From contig CBDUSX010000001.1 in the NCBI GenBank assembly GCA_965369935.1, positions 1 through 30,253 on the forward strand: 30,253 bases of DNA, in the 5' to 3' direction. Positions 26,091 to 30,253 of this stretch are shown piece by piece. The position numbers were made by a program, and so were the translations under genes. The first letter of the stretch is position 1, and each line of letters starts with the position of its first letter. This stretch comes from an uncultured bacterium (lineage in GTDB: Bacteria; SAR324; JACQKK01). Below the pieces are notes generated by a model, which saw only the letters and a list, made by a program, of their open reading frames with translations, made no database searches and was not told where the DNA came from.

Positions 26091-26312
26091 TCAATCAATC
26101 ACTTGCCAGAACTTGATCGCGGACTTGTTAATGACCTTTCCGTCTTTCATTCCAAGGTGGTAAGGTGTGTGCCACCTAAGCCGGTCAACGAGGATATCGC
26201 CATCCAGGAACGTGATCTGAATCTGTCTCTTTTCGGTAATGATTTTGCTGAGCAACACAGCCTCGTGCGGCGGTTGTTGGCGATGCTGATGCTCCTGTCT
26301 TTGTTCTCCCAT
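26091..26312 (-). CDS. Small divergent Sm/Hfq-like protein (73 aa)
   Basis: Strong GGGGAGG RBS 7 nt before ATG 26312. EAVLLSKIITEKRQIQITFLDGDILVDRLRWHTPYHLGM (helix plus Sm1-like) and KVINKSAIKFWQV (Sm2-like, cf. [10 protein letters not shown]). Gene call is more secure than the fold call. Confidence 0.6.
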   Translation of the reverse strand: MGEQRQEHQHRQQPPHEAVLLSKIITEKRQIQITFLDGDILVDRLRWHTPYHLGMKDGKVINKSAIKFWQVID

Positions 26313-26389
26313 AGGAAATCCTCCCCAGGGAATGGTGCTGAAATCACGTGAGCGGTATTCCACGGAAAACGAACCTGTAATCGCAACCA

Positions 26390-26418
26390 CCTATACAGAC
26401 TGTGAAAAAAAAATTCAA
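26390..26418 (-). promoter_or_regulatory. Putative sigma70 promoter for the Sm/Hfq-like gene, with a homopolymer in the spacer
   Basis: Minus strand: TTGAAT (26418-26413), 17-nt spacer beginning with T8, TATAGG (26395-26390). The -10 lacks the final T. Confidence 0.35.
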
Positions 26419-26452
26419 CGGCTCTCTGCCGCCGTGGCCCGGAGGCGTTTGA

Positions 26453-27836
<1,384 letters not shown>

Positions 27837-27850
<14 letters not shown>

Positions 27851-29075
27851 TCTGCTCGTCTCCACCCGCCGCAAGGGCCGCCTGCTGCCCCGTCTGCTCG
27901 ATCCCGCCGCGCCCGGGCTGGAGGCCGGGGCCGCGGCGCTGCTGGAGCTGTTCGCGGCCTGCCGGGGCCGGCGCAGAGGAGAGCTGGAGGAAGCCCTGAA
28001 GGATTTCGCGCCGCCCGGCGTGGAGGCCCGCGTGGCCCAGGGGCTGGCCAGGCTGTTGCTGGATCGCTGCACCTTCCAGGCGGGAGGCGCGGCGGAGCCC
28101 CGGCACCTGCGCAGGGAGCTGTTCGACGGCGCGGCGGAAGCCTGGCGGCGCCAGGGCGCTACCGGCATCGCCCAGTGGCGCGGGGCGCTGCTGGAGCGCG
28201 TGGCCGCGGGGCAGGGGCTGACCGTGCAGGAAGTGGAATCCGGCCTCTACGCGGACCTGGCGGAGAACCAGCTGCTGACCGAACTGCGCCCCATTTCCCC
28301 CGTGCAGCTGATCTACCGCTACAATGTGGCCCAGGTGCAGGGGCAGTTGCTGCGCGCCCAGCGGCTGACCCTGCGCAGCCCGCGCCCTTCTCCTCAGCGG
28401 CTGCGGCAGTTGTTCGGCTACCTGAAGTTCTTCGGGCTGCTGTTCCAGGTGGAACGCGGGACGGACGGGGAACTGGTGGTGGTGCTGGACGGGCCGCTGA
28501 GCCTGCTGGAATCCGGCGCCCGCTACGGCCTCAACCTGGCCCAGTTTCTGCCGGCGCTGTTGCATTGGGATCTGCCGTGGCGGCTGCGGGCCGTCCTCAC
28601 GCCGCGTCCCGGCGGGCCGGCGGCGGAGCTGGAGCTTGCCCCCCATCCCCTGCTGAAAAGCCACTATCCGGATCGCGGCCAGTGGGTGCCCGAGGAGGTG
28701 CTTCACTTCGCGGACGAGTTCAACGCGCTCGGCTGCGGCTGGCGGGTGGCGCCCGCGGAGCAGGTGGTCAGCCTGCCGGGCAATGCCTACCTGATCCCGG
28801 ACTTTTCCTTCCGGGCGGACGACGGGCGGCCGGACATTATGTTGGAATACCTGCGCTATCCGGCCAGGGAAGCGCTGGAGCGCCGGTTGGCGCTGATCGA
28901 ACAGAACCGCCTTGCCGGCTACGTGGTGGCCTGCCGGGGAGTGCCGTCCCTGCAGCCGCTGGCCGGGCGGTGTCCCTTTGTCTTTCTGTTCCGCCGCTCC
29001 CTGCTGCCGGGCCAGGTGAAGACCTTCCTTGAGGGGTTGGCGGGGAGCGCCGCCCAAGCCTCCTTGGGAATTTGA
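27837..29075 (+). CDS. DUF790 (Bax1-like) predicted nuclease partner of the XPB-like helicase (412 aa)
   Basis: MLTGNLL, LYADL, LIYRYNVAQVQG, YLKFFGL, DGPLSL...RYGLNLA and LIPDF motifs; 14-nt overlap with the helicase gene. Confidence 0.9.
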
Positions 29076-29239
29076 ACCGTTCGCCCGATCCGCGTTTCCA
29101 ACAACCAGGGCAGCGGGTATGCGCGCGTATAAACAAGCCCGGGCTTTGCCGGCAGGTTTCCGGCCTTTGCGTTCGCGCCGTTCCGCCGGCCGTAGATTTG
29201 TCCGCCCGGCCCCGGCACCGCTCCCAGGGCGCATCTCCC

Positions 29240-29256
29240 CATTGATCGAATCAATG
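29240..29256. promoter_or_regulatory. Perfect inverted repeat (operator-like) in an AT-rich patch upstream of the cis-prenyltransferase gene
   Basis: CATTGAT-CGA-ATCAATG (7-3-7). Confidence 0.4.
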
Positions 29257-29321
29257 ATTTCAGTTAATTGTATATATTGGAGCGCGGATTCCGCGCCCTT
29301 CGTTCACATGACGGATCAGCG

Positions 29322-30191
29322 ATGAGTCAACAGGCGCATAGCGTTCAGGATTTTCGGCACCGGATCGGGGAAATCACCCATTCCCTTGGGCGGGTCTGTG
29401 CCTGGTGTCTCGAGTTGTGCCTGGTGCCGTTTTACGCGGCCTACCAAATCTATCTGGAGTCCCAGCTGCAAGGCTGGCAGAAGCCCCAGCACATCGGCAT
29501 CATCATGGACGGCAACCGCCGCTTCGCCCGCCTGCAACAACTGGGCAGCGTGCTCAGCGGACACGAGAGGGGCGCGGACAAGCTGGAAGACGTGCTCAAC
29601 TGGTGCGAGGACGCACAGGTGCGCGTGGTGACGGTGTGGATATTCTCCATGGACAATTTCAAGCGCGACCCCCAGGAGGTGAGCGAGCTGATGGAGCTGT
29701 TCCAGCGGAAATTCCTGGAACTGGTCACCCATCCGCGCATTCACCGCAACCAAATGCGTGTCCGTTCCCTGGGCAAGATCAACGAGCTGCCCGAGCCCGT
29801 GCAGCAGGCCATCCGGGAGGCGGAGCAGGCGACCAGCCACTACACGCGGCGCGTGCTCAACATCGGCGTGGCCTATGGCGGACGGGAGGAGATCGTGGAC
29901 GCCCTGCGCAGCTACCTCAGGGAACAGGCCCGGGCAGGCAAGGGCGTTGAGGAAATTTGCGGGGAGGTCACGCCCGCGGCCATCGAGCCGTATCTGTACA
30001 CCTCCCACGTGCCCGACCCGGATTTGATCATCCGCACCAGCGGGGAGGTGCGGCTCTCGGGCTTCCTGCTCTGGCAGAGCGCGTACTCGGAGTTCTACTT
30101 CTGCGATACCAACTGGCCGGCCTTCCGTAAGATAGACTTCCTGCGCGCCCTGCGCGCCTACAACCAACGCAAGCGCCGTTTCGGACGCTAG
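29322..30191 (+). CDS. cis-Prenyltransferase (UppS superfamily; resembles short-chain Z-isoprenyl diphosphate synthases, 289 aa)
   Basis: HIGIIMDGNRR, FSMDNFKR, YGGREEI, PDLIIRTSGEVRLSGFLLWQSAYSE, WPAF, RRFG. Start taken at ATG 29322. Confidence 0.95.
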   Translation: MSQQAHSVQDFRHRIGEITHSLGRVCAWCLELCLVPFYAAYQIYLESQLQGWQKPQHIGIIMDGNRRFARLQQLGSVLSGHERGADKLEDVLNWCEDAQVRVVTVWIFSMDNFKRDPQEVSELMELFQRKFLELVTHPRIHRNQMRVRSLGKINELPEPVQQAIREAEQATSHYTRRVLNIGVAYGGREEIVDALRSYLREQARAGKGVEEICGEVTPAAIEPYLYTSHVPDPDLIIRTSGEVRLSGFLLWQSAYSEFYFCDTNWPAFRKIDFLRALRAYNQRKRRFGR

Positions 30192-30253
30192 CAGAGTGCG
30201 CGGAGTCCGCAACCGCCGGATACGGTTGCCAGACCCGTACTCTCGGACGGAAC

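Noticed and set aside
30209-30229. Hairpin GCAACCG/CGGTTGC after the cis-prenyltransferase gene
   Set aside because: No U-tract, and the window ends before the context can be judged.

Overview
A 30 kb high-GC chromosomal window (roughly 65% GC, estimated by eye) from a Gram-negative bacterium. lpxC, a sigma54 activator and the gene styles suggest a deltaproteobacteria-like lineage, possibly SAR324; this is inference only. No prophage, integrase, transposase or CRISPR array is visible. Gene order: acidic hypothetical protein; lpxC behind a near-consensus sigma54 promoter; small hypothetical; a minus-strand run of class I glutamine amidotransferase, CLC-CBS-RCK_C anion transporter, alpha/beta hydrolase and SbcD-like metallophosphoesterase; a plus-strand run of membrane protein, bactofilin, secreted AMIN-like/TPR protein, FleS-like PAS kinase and FleR/FlbD-like sigma54 activator; a minus-strand mreB-mreC-mreD-mrdA-maf-outer-membrane-barrel run with no rodA; tRNA-Phe(GAA), mtnP and rodZ; a minus-strand run of a 73-aa Sm/Hfq-like protein, DUF2254-like membrane protein and flavin reductase; an XPB-like helicase with a DUF790/Bax1-like partner; and a standalone cis-prenyltransferase. 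Strongest leads: (1) a remodelled Rod/elongasome locus whose MreB lacks the catalytic glutamate and has altered phosphate loops, whose MreC has a 17-aa internal duplication, and which ends in an uncharacterised beta-barrel instead of rodA; (2) a short, highly divergent Hfq/Sm-like gene that is easy to miss in the ORF track; (3) a bactofilin/AMIN-TPR/FleSR-like module detached from flagellar structural genes; (4) a bacterial XPB-Bax1 pair. All family calls come from motif recognition by eye; no searches were run.
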